This document shows, in pieces, positions 11,828 to 25,990 of a stretch of DNA of 64,000 bases. The first letter of the stretch is position 1; every line of letters starts with the position of its first letter. A model generated the notes under the pieces. The model saw only the letters and a list, made by a program, of their open reading frames with translations. It was not told the origin of the DNA and ran no database searches. This stretch comes from Cycas panzhihuaensis (Eukaryota > Plantae > Cycadophyta), in assembly GCA_023213395.1 (NCBI GenBank), contig CM041465.1, positions 233,995,741 through 234,059,740 on the forward strand, read 5' to 3'. The translations under genes and the position numbers were made by a program.

Positions 11828-13659
11828 TGGTATCAAAGCACATTGGAGAATTTCACAAGTCTTTCTATCTAGAGAGATTCCTTAGCCTCATAAGTGGACA
11901 ACCATAACATAGAGCAATAAAAGCAATGGAATTTGAGGAGCTAATACCCTAAAGATCAAAGAGGTGGTTGTCCAATCTATGTGACTTAAGATTAGTGGTA
12001 GACTCACTTAATAGTACCTGATACTTGCATGTTGCTATGTGTATTTGTGCCCTACATGCACCATGAAGAATTGTCATTAATGAATTGCATTGACTACCCC
12101 TACATGGTATGAGTCATTATCCTATATTATTGTGGATATCCTCTTTCTCACTCTATGCAACATCTGGTGGGTACATTGCAAGGCTAGTGACATCTTTGTA
12201 TATGACTATACTTTAGTGCTTATACCCAATAGATGACCAAACATTAGAGATTTTAACATTTTGTTATGAGGTGTTCTTCAAGGTCTACATTTACTATTTA
12301 AAAGGCATGAAGTTAGAAGGTGAAAATAGCCACCATTAAAAGACACACAGCTATGAACTCACACAAGTCAAAGAGATTGAAGATGCACCTACCATCAAAC
12401 ATAGAACAAAGGGTAATCATTAAATAGAGAACAATTCAAAACATTACACATAAATGTCAATATCACTACCCCTCAATGAAGGAATTCTATATGTATGTAG
12501 AAGGCTCTAAATACAAATAAAGATCACAAAGGAAAAAATAAAACTTTGAAGCTACCATTACGAAGATCCCTTTTTCCTTTTGTAGATACATCTCACATAG
12601 ATGCACCAAAAAATCACAAAATAATTAAGTGATTAAATCATGTGGAGATGCCAAAACTCGTGCAACCCTATATAAATCATCGATAAATTTGATGAAACTG
12701 TAAAGTTTTAGGAATAAATATTTCATATATTCAACTATTTTTATAATTTGGAAAAATCCAAATATTTATTAAATTCTTTGTAATCTTTTTACAAATGCAA
12801 AAATAATTCATTTTGGTTTATTATATTTTTGGGTTTGGAGCCCCTTTACCCTTATCCCCCAATCCTATTACCCCCCCATATGACCTTACCTTATGGTGTA
12901 AAAGGGGTTTAACCCTTTAATTTTTAGCCCCTCTCATTTTCATAAAGGGTTATCCATATGTTTTTTACCATAACTTCATTATTCGAAGTTCAAATTCAGA
13001 ACTAGAAGTTGTGTTGGATTCCTAACTCAAACACCTTTGATTTGGCTGGTTATTTGAGTATTTTTAAAACTTCTTTGATGGGTAAAACTATGATCAAAGT
13101 GAACAAAACCAATCACAACCCAGGTAAGTGTAGGTACATAATATAATCTATCAAATTTCTTTATATTTTTTTAATATTTTTAATTCAATTTAATATCTTA
13201 TTGATCATTTATTAAATTTATAAATTAATAACATCATTATATCCCTCCCTTTTTAACAAATTCATTTAATTTATTAGTAATCAATGGGATTGTTATTCTA
13301 ATATTATTTATTTACAAAACTTTTAATTTAATCTTTAATATTTATGCTTACAAATATATTTTTTAAATAATACAATTAATTAAAGTGTTTAAAAGGGTCA
13401 CCCCCCTAAACTTATTTTATAAATTACATAATTTATTTGTAAACATATTAATGCATCTTTATTTTCAATAAATTAATATTATTATACTTTAATTTGGAAA
13501 TGAAATTATTATGATTATATTAATATTTCATGTTTATGGCTTAATATATCAATCATTTTAATTTGGAAGCTTCCTTTTCATCATACACCTTATATTTTCT
13601 TTTCACTTTTTTGTCATCAAAGAGGATCTCTTTATTTGAGATTATTTTTCCCAAAATAG

Positions 13660-16600
13660 TTATTATGCCTGGGACAATCTCTTCTACCCAAATTCTAGTT
13701 CTAATGATGCAAATTATATTGACTGCAAAGTCAAGGTATCTGGCCAACTTAAAAAATACAAGCTTTAGCAGTACATGACTAGGGAGTTTATAAAACTTAG
13801 AGATACAAAATCAGAGGCCTATATGATCTATCCGATGAATTGTGATAGAGCCCTATACACCATCTTAACCTCTCTCTTATCAGACATATGTAAGCAATTC
13901 AATAAATTAGATGAATTTGCCATTGTATAGGCTCAGTTAAAGGAAAAGTACAATAAGGTAAATACTACTCAAGTTGTCGTGCTTGAATAAAAAATGTATG
14001 ACTTAAAATATGAGGATTTTTCTAGAGTTGAAGAGTTTTTATCTAACTTTTAACTTATAAATATAGATATAGGAAACTATATTAAATTAATAATTAAGGA
14101 AGGTGGTAAAACCATAACCATAACCCATGCCAAAGATGATGATACACTTGTTCGTCTTGCTATCAACAAACTTCCAAAATCTTTCAATCAATATAAAACT
14201 ACTAGACAATAGTGTGGGCACCCATAATTTTATTTATCAACTAACAAACTAATTAGTTGAATACTAGGCTATGTTAATTTAAATAAGAAAAATTAAAAAT
14301 CCTTCTTAGGCTTTTTTTTTTTCAAAAATGAAGCCACAAAATAAACCCAAAAAGAAAAATAATTAATAAAATAATCACAATAATCATCCTAAATCTTAAA
14401 GACCTTATAGAGGTCATTCTTTAAATAATAATTATAATCAAAATTCTAAATATTTTGAATCATCTAAAAATCAAAACTCACCTAGGTGAACATTTCAAAC
14501 AAAGAATACTTTTAGACCTCATCACAATTAAAACATTAGTTGTACCTATTGCCATAAAAAGGGGTACACAATAGATGTTTGTAGAAATAGAATAGTGTTT
14601 GAAGCTTGGAAATCTTTAAAAGGGATTCAATCATGATCTCATAATTACCTAATTATTTCTACTTCTACCTTTTCTGTACTTACTACCCAATAACCTTTAT
14701 GAATTCTAGATTATAGTGCTTTCCACCACATGATAGAACATCAAGAATACTTATTTACTTATTAACTTTATTCCAATTCCAAAGAGAAAATCTCTTTTGG
14801 TAGTGATTTTCAACTAAAAGTTGTAGGAACATGTGAAGTAACCCTAAAAAATAACTCTATTAATGATGCTTTTTATGTTCTTAGATTATTACCTAATATG
14901 TTATCTATATATCAGATTTTCCAAAAGGACCTTATAGTCAAATTTTGGAAAGATAAGTTTATTATTAAATAACCTTTCAATAGATTTAAACCTATTAACT
15001 CTAGACCTACTAATCATAAAATATATCTTCATAGTCTAAATAACTTAAATCATTCAAAATTTAAATCATTTACTACCTTTATAACTAAGCTTGATGCTAC
15101 TAATAAGTTATGGCAAGCAGGTTTTACCCATACAAGTTATGGCAAATTGTATTACCTAAACCAATATGATATAGTTCATAATTTTCCACCTTTATGTACA
15201 ATGTATCGTGTTTGTGAAGCTTGTGTAATAGGCAAATAATACATAGACCCCTTCCCTTATCAAACCACATTTTAAGTAAAATCACCACTCAAACTTGTTC
15301 ATTTAGATATTTCTAGTCCCTTCCAAGTACCCTCATATTCTAGAAATAGATAATTTATAACTATTATCAATGGTTTCTCTAAAAAGTATTAGGTTTACAT
15401 GGTAAAGAGTCAAGGTCATGTTTTTAATATTTTTGTTAAATTTAAAATGTTGGTTAAAAATCAATACAACTTTAAAATTAAAATTTTTCATATTAGATAA
15501 TGTAAAAGAGTATTTAAGTAATGAATTTACTTATTTCTATAAAAAGAACAAAAATATTATGTTGCTTAGACTCTCCAACAAAATGGTGTTATTAAATACA
15601 AGAACTATACATTGGTTGAAATAACCAAATTCATATTATGTGTAAAAGGTTTTAATTTAAAATTATGGACTGAAGTAATAGCTTGCTCTAATTATCTATT
15701 AAATAGGTTACCAACAAAAGCTTTAAACAGTGTTGCATCATAACAAAAGTAGTCTAGATGTAAACCTTCAATAAAGCATCTGAGAATCTTTGGAAGCATT
15801 TCTTAGGCACATGTTCCTAAAGAGAAGTATCAGAAAATTAACCTAAAATGCTCCAGGCTTATCTTTGTTGGTTATAGAAAAGAAAGTAAAGATTATCGAC
15901 TATTAGATCTTGTCATGCACATTATTTTGATTATGTATGATGTTATTTTTAATGAAGATGGATCTTCATCAAACTTTAATTCTGGATAAATTAATCTTCC
16001 TATTGAAAATATTTTAACTAATATTATTTCGATTAATTTTTCAGAAAAATAAATTAAAAATAAAATCATTAAAATCTTATCAACATAAGTCTAAAACTAG
16101 ATTCTAATCGAATCGAATAAATATGATCCATTATCTTCTTCAAATCAACCTTCTAGAAATAAACAACCAAAATGGATTCAAAAAACCCTTTTTTATACTG
16201 ATGTTAATGATGGTAATCCTTCAGATACCAGAAAAATTAGATCATAAAAATTATAAGCCAATTTTACCTTAATAGCTAAAGTAATAGCTAATAATGATCC
16301 TAAAACCTTTCAAGAAGCTCTTAACAATCTAGTATGGTAACAAGCCATGCAAAGTGAGCATGAAGATCTGCTAAAAAACTCAACTTGGGACTTAGTACCA
16401 TTACCTTTAAGCAAAAAAATGGTAGACTGTAAATGGGTCTATTGTACTAAATACAACTTTAAAGGAGTCGTCAAAAAGCATAAAGCATGTTTAGTAGCAA
16501 AAGGTTTCTCTCAAATAGATGGTATTGATTATATCAATCCATTTGCCCTTTTTGCTAAATGAATACTATAAAAAATGTTATTATACTTATAGCCAAGTTT

Positions 16601-17790
16601 GACTAGTAAATACATCAAATGAATGTCAATAGTGCTTTTCTTAACGATGATCTTACTGAAGAAATTTACATGTCCCAACCCCCCAGTTTCATTACTAATC
16701 TTAACCTTGTTTGCAAATTAGAAAAATCTTTATATGGCCATAAATAAGCCCCTCGAGCTTGGTATATTAAGATTGATAATTATCTTATTCAAAATGGTTA
16801 TACTAAATGTATAAGTGACCCTAATCTTTATTTGAAACAACAAAATAATAATATTACTATGTTAACTTATTATTATAATAGGATCCTTATACTCTAATAT
16901 TATTCAATTAAAATCTATCCTTATGGACAAATTTGAAATGACAAACTTAGGTCTTCTTCACTACTTTCTCAATTTATAAATCTATCAATATAAATCTTCA
17001 ATTTCTATTTTATAACCTAAATATATACATGACTTAATTAAAAGATTTAATATGGAGAATTCTAAACTAGCTCCAATACCTTTATAAATAGGTATAAAGT
17101 TATCAAATGATTATCAAACATATATATGTGATCCTACTTTATATCATCAATTAATTAGAAGTATTACATATTTAACCTATATTTGTCAAGACATTTTCTA
17201 TGTTATTGCTATATGTTCTAGGTACATACAAAAACCTTACGAATCACATTAGAAAGCAATGAAATGGATCCTATAATATCTTCAAGGTATAATTCATTAT
17301 AGTTTAACCTATAACTATTATAATTTTGACCTTAAGTTATCAGGTTATATAGATTTGGATTAGGTAAGTGATTCTGATAATCACAAATCTATAACTGGAT
17401 ATATTTTCTTGCTTAATTCTTCTCCTATTACTTGGTCAAATAAAAAGATGCAATCCCTTGTATTATCTACAATAGAAGTTGAGTATTATGCATTGGTAGA
17501 AACTAGTAAAGAATCTTTATGGATTACATCTTTACTACATGAACTTGTTTTATTTTCTACTTCTTTCATTCAAATTAAAGTTGATAATCAAAGTGTTATT
17601 TCTATTGCTACTAATCCTATAGCATATTCTATAACTAAACATGTAGAATTGCATCAATATTTTATTCATAATCATGTGAATGATAGTACTATTAATCTCT
17701 CTTATTGTCTTATAGATTTGTAGATTACAGACATATTAATGAATCCCCTAACAAAAGTCAAGTTTGTAAAGTTATAAAAAATATTGAAGG
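13660..17790 (+). pseudogene. Copia A gag-PR-INT-RT-RH
   Basis: CTYCHKKGYTIDVC knuckle (14541), *ILDYSAFHHM protease, LVHLDISSP integrase, STWDLVPLP..CKWVY..LVAKGFSQ RT, ITWSNKK..EVEYYAL..VDNQSVI RH. The YVDD segment appears deleted near 16860. Confidence 0.93.
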
Positions 17791-17804
17791 TCAATGAAAT
17801 CTTT

Positions 17805-17870
17805 ATCAAAAGGGGATTAACATTCTAAAGTCTTCATCAAAAGGGGATTAACATTCTAAAGTCTTCATCA
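17805..17870 (+). repeat. Perfect 31-bp tandem duplication upstream of the Copia A PPT
   Basis: atcaaaaggggattaacattctaaagtcttc at 17805 and 17836. Confidence 0.95.
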
Positions 17871-17915
17871 TTCTTTTTCTTCCTCTCTTGTACTGAAGAT
17901 AACATTGAAGGGGAG

Positions 17916-18301
17916 TGTTATAAATAATGTTTTACATTAATATTATGTAATGTTATCTTTATAAAATATTTATGTATTTAATTAAAAGTTTAGTGAATAG
18001 ATCATTGTCCATCCAACAAACTTTACATTATCATTTTTGTTAAAATTATATGAGGATCTTCTTAAACTAGGTTGGATTAGATTAATCAGATAGGCTAGAT
18101 GGGTTAACCAATAAAGAGAGAGAGGATGAGATCTTACCTATAATATGCATTATGATATATCTATAAAATACATATTTTTTGAGGTTTTTTTTTTTTTTCC
18201 CTGTAAGGGTTTTCCACCTGTCCAATTTACTATGTATATCTTTACAATTAATTTATGCATGATTCATGTATAATCTTTCTCATATGCTCCTCTTTCGAAC
18301 A
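17916..18301 (+). repeat. Copia A 3' LTR
   Basis: tgttataaataatg..ttcgaaca, colinear with the 5' LTR. Confidence 0.95.
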
Positions 18302-19230
18302 AGTTATATATCACATTTTTTTACTATCATACCCATAAGCTTTTAGGTAGAACACTAATTTTACATAATTTTCACTATGGAACCTACCTAGATTTGGAGT
18401 TTGGTGTCGCCCCAACTACCATGATTCATTCGTGATTATCTCACCTACCCCTATTCCAAGATTTTTTGGTTGTAAATTAGCTAAACTATGGGAAGAAACC
18501 ATAGTTTTCTTACCCATCCTTCCTCCTCTCATTTCTTATGAATCCCTATGTGCTTACCATAAGGATATAACAAAGGGTAGAGGATAATCCTTAATGTAAT
18601 GAAGTGCTACCCAAGTTTTGCTAGCCCTTATTACTAATATCTTGTTACTTCTTAGAGGTAGATTGAAGCTTATCTTTTTAGGAGATTGTAAATTTTGTTG
18701 GAGGAATTGAAGGTCTACTCTTACCTCAATCACCATCTAATTCTTAAATTCCTCCTCCCACTCACCTATTGAGGTCTTCTTCTTACAGTTTCAACTAGTT
18801 TTTATCTATATTTTTCTCTCCTACAACATCCCTTACTATCAAATTCATCATTCATATGATATTTAAAGCTTGATGGAAATTTGTTAGACATGATTAAAGC
18901 ATCATTTTGAGGCATACAACACTAATTATTTCTCATATTAGAGGTAACTCTTTTGTTAAATTAATTGTTGGTTTCAAAAATTAGATTAGCTTGCTTTAGA
19001 TTCATCATTAAAAAAAGAAAAGTCTTTTCATTGTTATTTATTTCATTTTCCATGAAAGCTTAATTGATCTTTCTAATTTGTTTGGGTGATTTGACTTGGA
19101 TTCAAACCAATTTTAATTCCCAAGCCTGTATCACATTGTTAGAATCATAAAAAAACGTTGTCTTAGAGTATTGAACTAGTTTTAATCCTTGATTATGACC
19201 TCCATTAGGCAAGTCCATTCATATATCTCC

Positions 19231-19646
19231 TATTACATAACTCATCTTACTAAGTTATATAAAATATTATTATACAAAGAGCTATCAGGAGGTTAAGAGA
19301 TAAGGTTAATTATGGAACTTTGTGTATGAGCCAATAAGTTAGCCAATGATATGCAAGGTCACTATGTCATTCAATAGAACGTAAGGCTGCTTAAGCCACC
19401 AATAGAATTGCATATAAAAAACCCTCTTTTATCTATATAAGGGTCATAGATTGTAAATGATGGTTAGCTTGATGTAACTTTTTATAAAGATTGTATTATG
19501 ATACTCTTTATTTTGGTGATCATTTGGTGTTCTTATATTCTTGTAAGATTCTCTGTTAATTTGTTTGCCCTATTGGATAGAACAAAGTGGTTGTAATTGT
19601 CATCTTTCTACTATCTCAAGGAGCACTTATGAGAAGATATGTTTCA
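19231..19646 (+). repeat. Gypsy B 5' LTR
   Basis: tattacataactcatc..gtttca; the terminal TG has mutated to TA. Confidence 0.95.
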
Positions 19647-21019
19647 AGTGGTATCAGATCTACGTTACGATCGTGGGATGATGCCCAAAAAAAATAGAAT
19701 TTTTTTTTTCCTATAAGATCAAGTACTCTCTCTACCCTAGTAGAGATCGAAGAAAGACCTTTACTTAGTACTCTCTCCATAGAGATTGAGGATTAGTACT
19801 AGGATAGTCTAAGAGTTGGGAGAAAAAGAAATTTTTTTTTGTCCTAGTTAATGCCAATACTTTATCCTTTTATTTTTCATCTAGTTTTAATTTCATTTCT
19901 ATATTTCAATTTTTGTATTAGATTAAATCTCAAGGGTAGATAACACTATTGGGTAGCTACCCTTTCTTCCTCCCACCTCTTTTCTCGGGTAGATAACACC
20001 ATTGGGCAGCTACCCAAGTAGTTATGTAGAGACCTTACACCAGGGGTCTTTAAATATCACAGGGATCTATCATTTTGGCTAAGCGTATCATGGTTCTTTC
20101 ATCTCTTATGTGAAGGACTAGAGATAACACTCTTGAACTAAGCCCTGGATAGGACTTGGCTATAAAAGTGTGCCTTCACATACCTTTGGGTATATAAGAG
20201 GACCCCTTTAGGTCCCAATTCCTTCCTAGCATAGGCAACTATCGATCGATGAAGTATTGTAGTACAATGGTTAACGATTAGTACCATGAAGCTACCTACC
20301 CTGAACTTTTACAGTTTATTGGCATGCCTATAAGACTAAGCATACCTTGTCTAGTGGTTAGTAGGATACTCTAATATATATATTCCACTTCCAGGTTTAG
20401 ACCACAAGTCACCTTATATTTTGAAAAAAAAAAAAAAATCTCTTACTCCCTGAAATCAGAACCTATCAATATAGTTAGGCTCACTACAGAAAAGGGGAAA
20501 AAAAGAGAAAAAACAAGGAGAAGAAAAAAAGAAAAAAAATAAAAGAAAAGAAAAAAGCAAAAAAGAGGAAAAGAAAGCAAGAAGAAAGAAGAACTAAAAA
20601 AAAAAATCCACTATCACACTTCACGGTGTAAGTTCACAGTGAAACAAATGTACCCTTATAACTATATACCTCATTTTGATTAGCACATCATACTGGTCAA
20701 TTTGTACTAGGTTAGTACATATGAGTAATTTTTATATTTTTCAATACCCAGTCAATGGCAGGCCCCACAACCCCTAACCTCCCCTACACCTCATATACCC
20801 CATTTGAATGAGCTTTTCATACTTGTTCGAGAGAACCTGATATCTTACTTATGTAAATTTTTGGGGTCAACAGGCTATAAACACCCCACAATCTCCCTAT
20901 TTGTCCCCTTCTCTTCTCTCTAACAACTCCCTAATTCTTACATCATGTTCTTTCTTAATCTTTCCCACATCATTCATCGCCCTTCTTTCTACTTATTCTT
21001 GCCTCTTTATGCCCTTTCT

Positions 21020-24000
21020 CCATGGCTCCTCAAAGAAACAGTGATAAAATCTTGGCACTTGAGACCCAAGTCACTAACATTCAGGAAAATATCAAGCAAG
21101 ATTTAGACAACATGTACGAGGAGGTTAAAAATAAAGTAGCTATCATAGGACAAACTTTTATAGAAATATGTTAACCCTAGCATCCCATTCTGATATCCAA
21201 CATATACTTTATAGGTTGAACAACTTCTCTCCTCTACCACTAGTTGGCCCCACACAACAGTAAACCATCACTCTACCTCCATGTCAGCAGTAACTATTTC
21301 ATCATAAGATTAGCATACCTACATTTGATCTAGATCTCAACAAGGATAGTGCACAGAGTTAGAATAGTAAACTAGAGTCCTACTTTACACTCAACCCAAT
21401 GTTAGTAAATGAACAACTTATATTTGCTTCCATCCACTTAGATGGGAAGGCACACCATTGGTTTTGATGGTGGAAGTGGGAGTTTCCTTCTAGCTAGTCT
21501 TGGGTACCCTTCTCTGCCTATTTTTTTGAGTAGTATGAAGATACTTAGAACCAATCTTTTTTCACATAACTAACATAGTTGAAATAAGTATCCTCTATCG
21601 AAGTATACACTAATGAGTTCTAATCTCTATATAATAGGACTGATCAACAACTTAATAAATAAATAAAGATAGATATGTATGTGTCTAGGCTTAAAGAATG
21701 CATCCAAATATGCTTAAAGACGATCTCTCTATCTACTCTAAAAGATGTAATTAATATAGATAAAGTAGAAGAAGTAGAGTTTTCTGCAGAAAGACCTCCT
21801 CCAGTCAAATGAGACTCCACCTGGCTTATACGATCCTAATAAGCTGATACTACCTGGTCCCAAAGACCACGTCTAATTGACTACCAATGATCACACCCAT
21901 GATTAGATGACATGCCATCTATATCTCTTAAGCAAAACACTAAGGAACCATTTTCAAAGTACATACACATCACTCCATTAAAGGTACAATGTTATCGAGA
22001 AGCTAGTCTATGTCTGTAATGTTCTGAAAAATAGACCTCTAGTCACGATAGAATCTATAAAGCTAGGAAGATGGTCTTCATAATTAACCCTAACTTATCT
22101 TTAGAAGATGACCCTAAGATTGAATTTGACTATGATGATGAACCCTAAGACCACCATATTGATGAGTTACCTCTAAATCATGAACCTGAAGTTTTCCTTA
22201 TCAGTCGTTACCTCCATTGCATGTCCTGAATTGCTCTAAGTTAAAGGAATACTTTGAAAAACCCCAATTACCATTTTGATATATGGTCATGTATCACTAA
22301 ATTTCATTGATATATCTATTACTCGATAATTAAATCTTTACATAAAACGTAAAACAAGATTTACCTACTCCTTACTTAGTCATTACACCCTTCATTGTGC
22401 AGGAATAATAAAAAACGTCATGGTTCACATTGGCTCATATACCCTTATCTCTGATTTTTATGCCCTATCAATAAGTGGTCTAGATGTAATTCTTGACATA
22501 TAATGGCTCCAGACTCTAGGAACTTATAACACCAATAACTCACCCACGACCCCATTCATTATATTCAAAGATCACATGGGCCACTCACATAAACTTTATA
22601 GGATGCAAGATCCCCCAAACAAAGTAATCTCACCCACCTAAATGTGCCAACAACTCAATAGTAACATAGAATACATCATTCATCTCAACCATATCCAGGC
22701 CCCTTCAGGTATTCACCCCGATATCCAACAAGTATTAGACCAATACCAATTTGTATTTGCTTCGTTACTTACCAGCCCCCTACTCGAACAAGGTTGTTAT
22801 TATATTATTGAGTTACAAAATTTACATGACCTGATTAGCCTTCAACCATATAGGAACTCCTATTTCTAAAAATAAATAAATAAATAAATCACAAGGGAAT
22901 TATTGGACATGGGCATCATCTAACGTAGTAAAAACCCATATGCGACACCCATCATTTTAGTTCACAAAAAGGATAGCTTTTTCTGACTTTACGTTGCCTA
23001 TCGTGTGATCAATGAAATCACCATAAAAAATTAGTTCCCCATGCCATGAATCAATGATATGTTAAATGAGATCCATGGTGCTACAATTTTTACCCAACTT
23101 GATTTATAGTCAGGATATTACCAAATCCCTATCTTACTAGATGATCAATATAAAATGGCTTTTCAAACCCACCATGGCCACTTTGAGTTTCAGGTCATGC
23201 CCTTTGGCCTATATAATGCTTTGACTACCTTTTCAGGCCCTCATGAATAAGATATTTTTCCCATACCTATAAAAATTTATCATCATCTTCTTTAATGATA
23301 TTCTTATCTAGAGCCCAAACATGCCTACTCATATCCCACACCTAGAAACAATCCTTTAAATCCTGGCTGAGAATAAATTGTATGCTAAACTCTCTAAATA
23401 TGAGTTTAGGAAATCTGAACTACAATACCTTAGTCATATTATATCCTTTATAGGGGTTTGGTTGGATCCTAATAAAATCTCTTGCATCACTAATTAGCTA
23501 ACCCCAAAAACCCTGACCCAATTGTAGGATTTCATAGGGCTTATAGATTCTATCATCAGTTCATTCAAAATTATGCCACATTAACCATCCCCTTAATCCA
23601 CTTACTTTAGAAGGATTCCTTCTAATGGTCTCCCTCAGACAATGAGACCTTCCTCCATCTAAAGGAGGTCATGGCAACCACCCTAGTTTTAGCCTCTCCT
23701 GACTTTACTCAACCTTTCCAATTAGAATGTGATGCCTCCGGGTTTGGATTGGGTGCAGTCTTAATGCAGGACTTCCACCCCATCATCTTTGAAAGTTGAA
23801 AACTCAAAGATCATAAGTGTAGACTATCTACCTATCAAAAAGAAATGCAGGGCATCCTGTACGGTATTGACAAATGGTGATAATATCTACTTGGTTCTAA
23901 ATTTACTATCCTTACTGATCATCATAGTCTTCGATGCTTACTAGATCAACCAATCCTCTCAAAAGAGTAGGCTAAATGGGTCGACCACCTCTAAGTTTTT

Positions 24001-25560
24001 GACTTTATAATCACATATAAAAAGAGGAAAGATAACATTGTGGAAGATGCTCTCTCGATACTACCTTCCCCTACACTTGACGATAACACCTATCACATTG
24101 AGGACCACACCATTTATGTCATTTCTTCCCCACAACCGATGTGGCTACAAGACTTAGCCATGGCTAACCAATCCCAACCAGATTTCTCACATTAGGCTAA
24201 TAAGGTCCACACTCATAAGGATTAGTCTATTCGTAATAATCTTCTCGTATACTAAAATTGTATATTTGTACACCCCTACTTAGCTTTTATTCTATGAATT
24301 TTATCAAAATATCATTCTTCCCCTCTTGGTGATCATTCTGGTTTTGATAAAACTTATCGTTGGATACATTCTGACTTCTTTGGCCAAAAATGAAATCCAC
24401 CATCCTTACCTTTATCTCTAAATGTAACACATGCTAATATAACAAAGCCAATATGAAATCCCAACAAGGCCTCCTTCAACCGTTGCATATCCCACAAGGT
24501 AAATGATAAGATATTGCCATGGACTTTATAATGGGCTTACCACTATCTATCGGATCTGACTCCATTTTAGTAGTCATAGATAGGTTAATGAAATATGCCG
24601 ACTTCTTACCTATCCACACAACCTATAAGGCTCCATGTATCATTGATATTTACCTCTAGATAATATTTCATTTGTATGATTTTCCATCCGCTATCGTTTG
24701 TGACTGCAACCCTAAATTCACTAGTTCCTTCTAGTAGGAGTTATTTCATATATCAAGAACATCATTCGATATGAATTTGGCATACTATCCATAGACTAAT
24801 GGCTAATCTAAGATCCTTAACAAAACTCTAGAGACCTACTTACGTTGCTTTACATCTAACCACCTGTCTAAATAGACATCATAGCTAGTCCTAGCTGAGT
24901 ATTAGTATAACTCCTTACATCATTTAGCTATTGGAATGTCCCCATTTTTTGCTTTCTATGGGTATCCCTCATCGTTCCACCATACCTTGGCTACCAACCT
25001 CTGCACAATAGTTGTACAACAAAAACTACAACATATGAACCAAATTCTCCACACCCTTAAATAAAACATATCCATGGCCTAGAATCGAATGAAATAATTA
25101 GTAGACTGCCACTGCTCTGATTACTTCTTTAATATTGGTGATCTTATATTCCTTCATCTCCAACCTTATAAGCAATAATCCCTTCATCATCATAAAAACC
25201 ACAAACTTAGCCCTCGATATTATGGCCCCTATAAAGTCCTTAAATATATTAGTAAAGTTGCATATGCTCTCAACCTTCCCCCCACCACCAACATCCATAA
25301 TGTTTTTCATATATCCTATCTTTAAAAGTGTCTAAGCAAAACCCATATCCCTAAACAAACCTTCTAATTCTAGATGAAGAGCAAACCTTGTCTGTACCTC
25401 TAGAATGTACACTTGCTAGCAAACAATAGTATCTCTGGAATTGATCCATTTCAGAATATTTAATACAGTGGATAGGTTGCAACTTGGATGAAGCAACTTA
25501 AGAATCTGATGATTTTATCAAAGAGAAATGGCATCTCACATGCCTCGAGGACTCACATCT
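21020..25560 (+). pseudogene. Gypsy B gag-PR-RT-RH-INT-chromodomain
   Basis: ASIHLDGKAHHWF gag; [21 protein letters not shown] and FFNDILI RT; LECDASGFGLGAVLMQ RH; IAMDFIMGLP integrase; YYGPYKVL; EYLIQWIGCNLDEAT*E chromodomain-like tail. Confidence 0.93.
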
Positions 25561-25574
25561 CAGGGGAGGAGACT

Positions 25575-25990
25575 TGTTACATAACTCATCTCACTAAGTT
25601 ATATAAAACACTATTATATGGAGAGCTATTGTGAGGTTAAGAGATAAGGTTAATTATGAAACTTCATGCATGAGGCGATAAGCTGGCCAGTGGTATGCAA
25701 GGCTGCTATGTCATCTAATAGAACATAAGGCCACTTAGGCCACTAATAGGATTGCATATAAAAGACCATCTTTTAGCTATATAAGAGTCATAGATTATAA
25801 ATGATGGTTAGCTTGACGTAACTTTTTACAAAGATTGTGTTGTGGTACTCTCTATTTTGGTGATCATTTTTAACTCTTATGTTCTTGTGAGATTCTTTAT
25901 TAATTTGTTTTCCCTATTGGATAGAACAAAGTGGTTGCATTTGTTATTTTTCTGCTATCTCAAGGAGCACTTATGGGAAGATACGTCCCA
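25575..25990 (+). repeat. Gypsy B 3' LTR
   Basis: tgttacataactcatc..gtccca. Confidence 0.95.

Larger units (their letters stand above)
11446..18301 (+). mobile_element. Full-length decayed Ty1/Copia element A
   Basis: TG..CA LTRs, PBS tggtatcaaagc 11828-11839, PPT tgaaggggag 17906-17915, TSD attta/agtta (4 of 5 match). Confidence 0.95.
19231..25990 (+). mobile_element. Full-length decayed chromoviral Ty3/Gypsy element B
   Basis: Two 416-bp LTRs, PBS tggtatcaga at 19649, PPT aggggaggag about 25562, perfect TSD tctcc. Confidence 0.96.
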
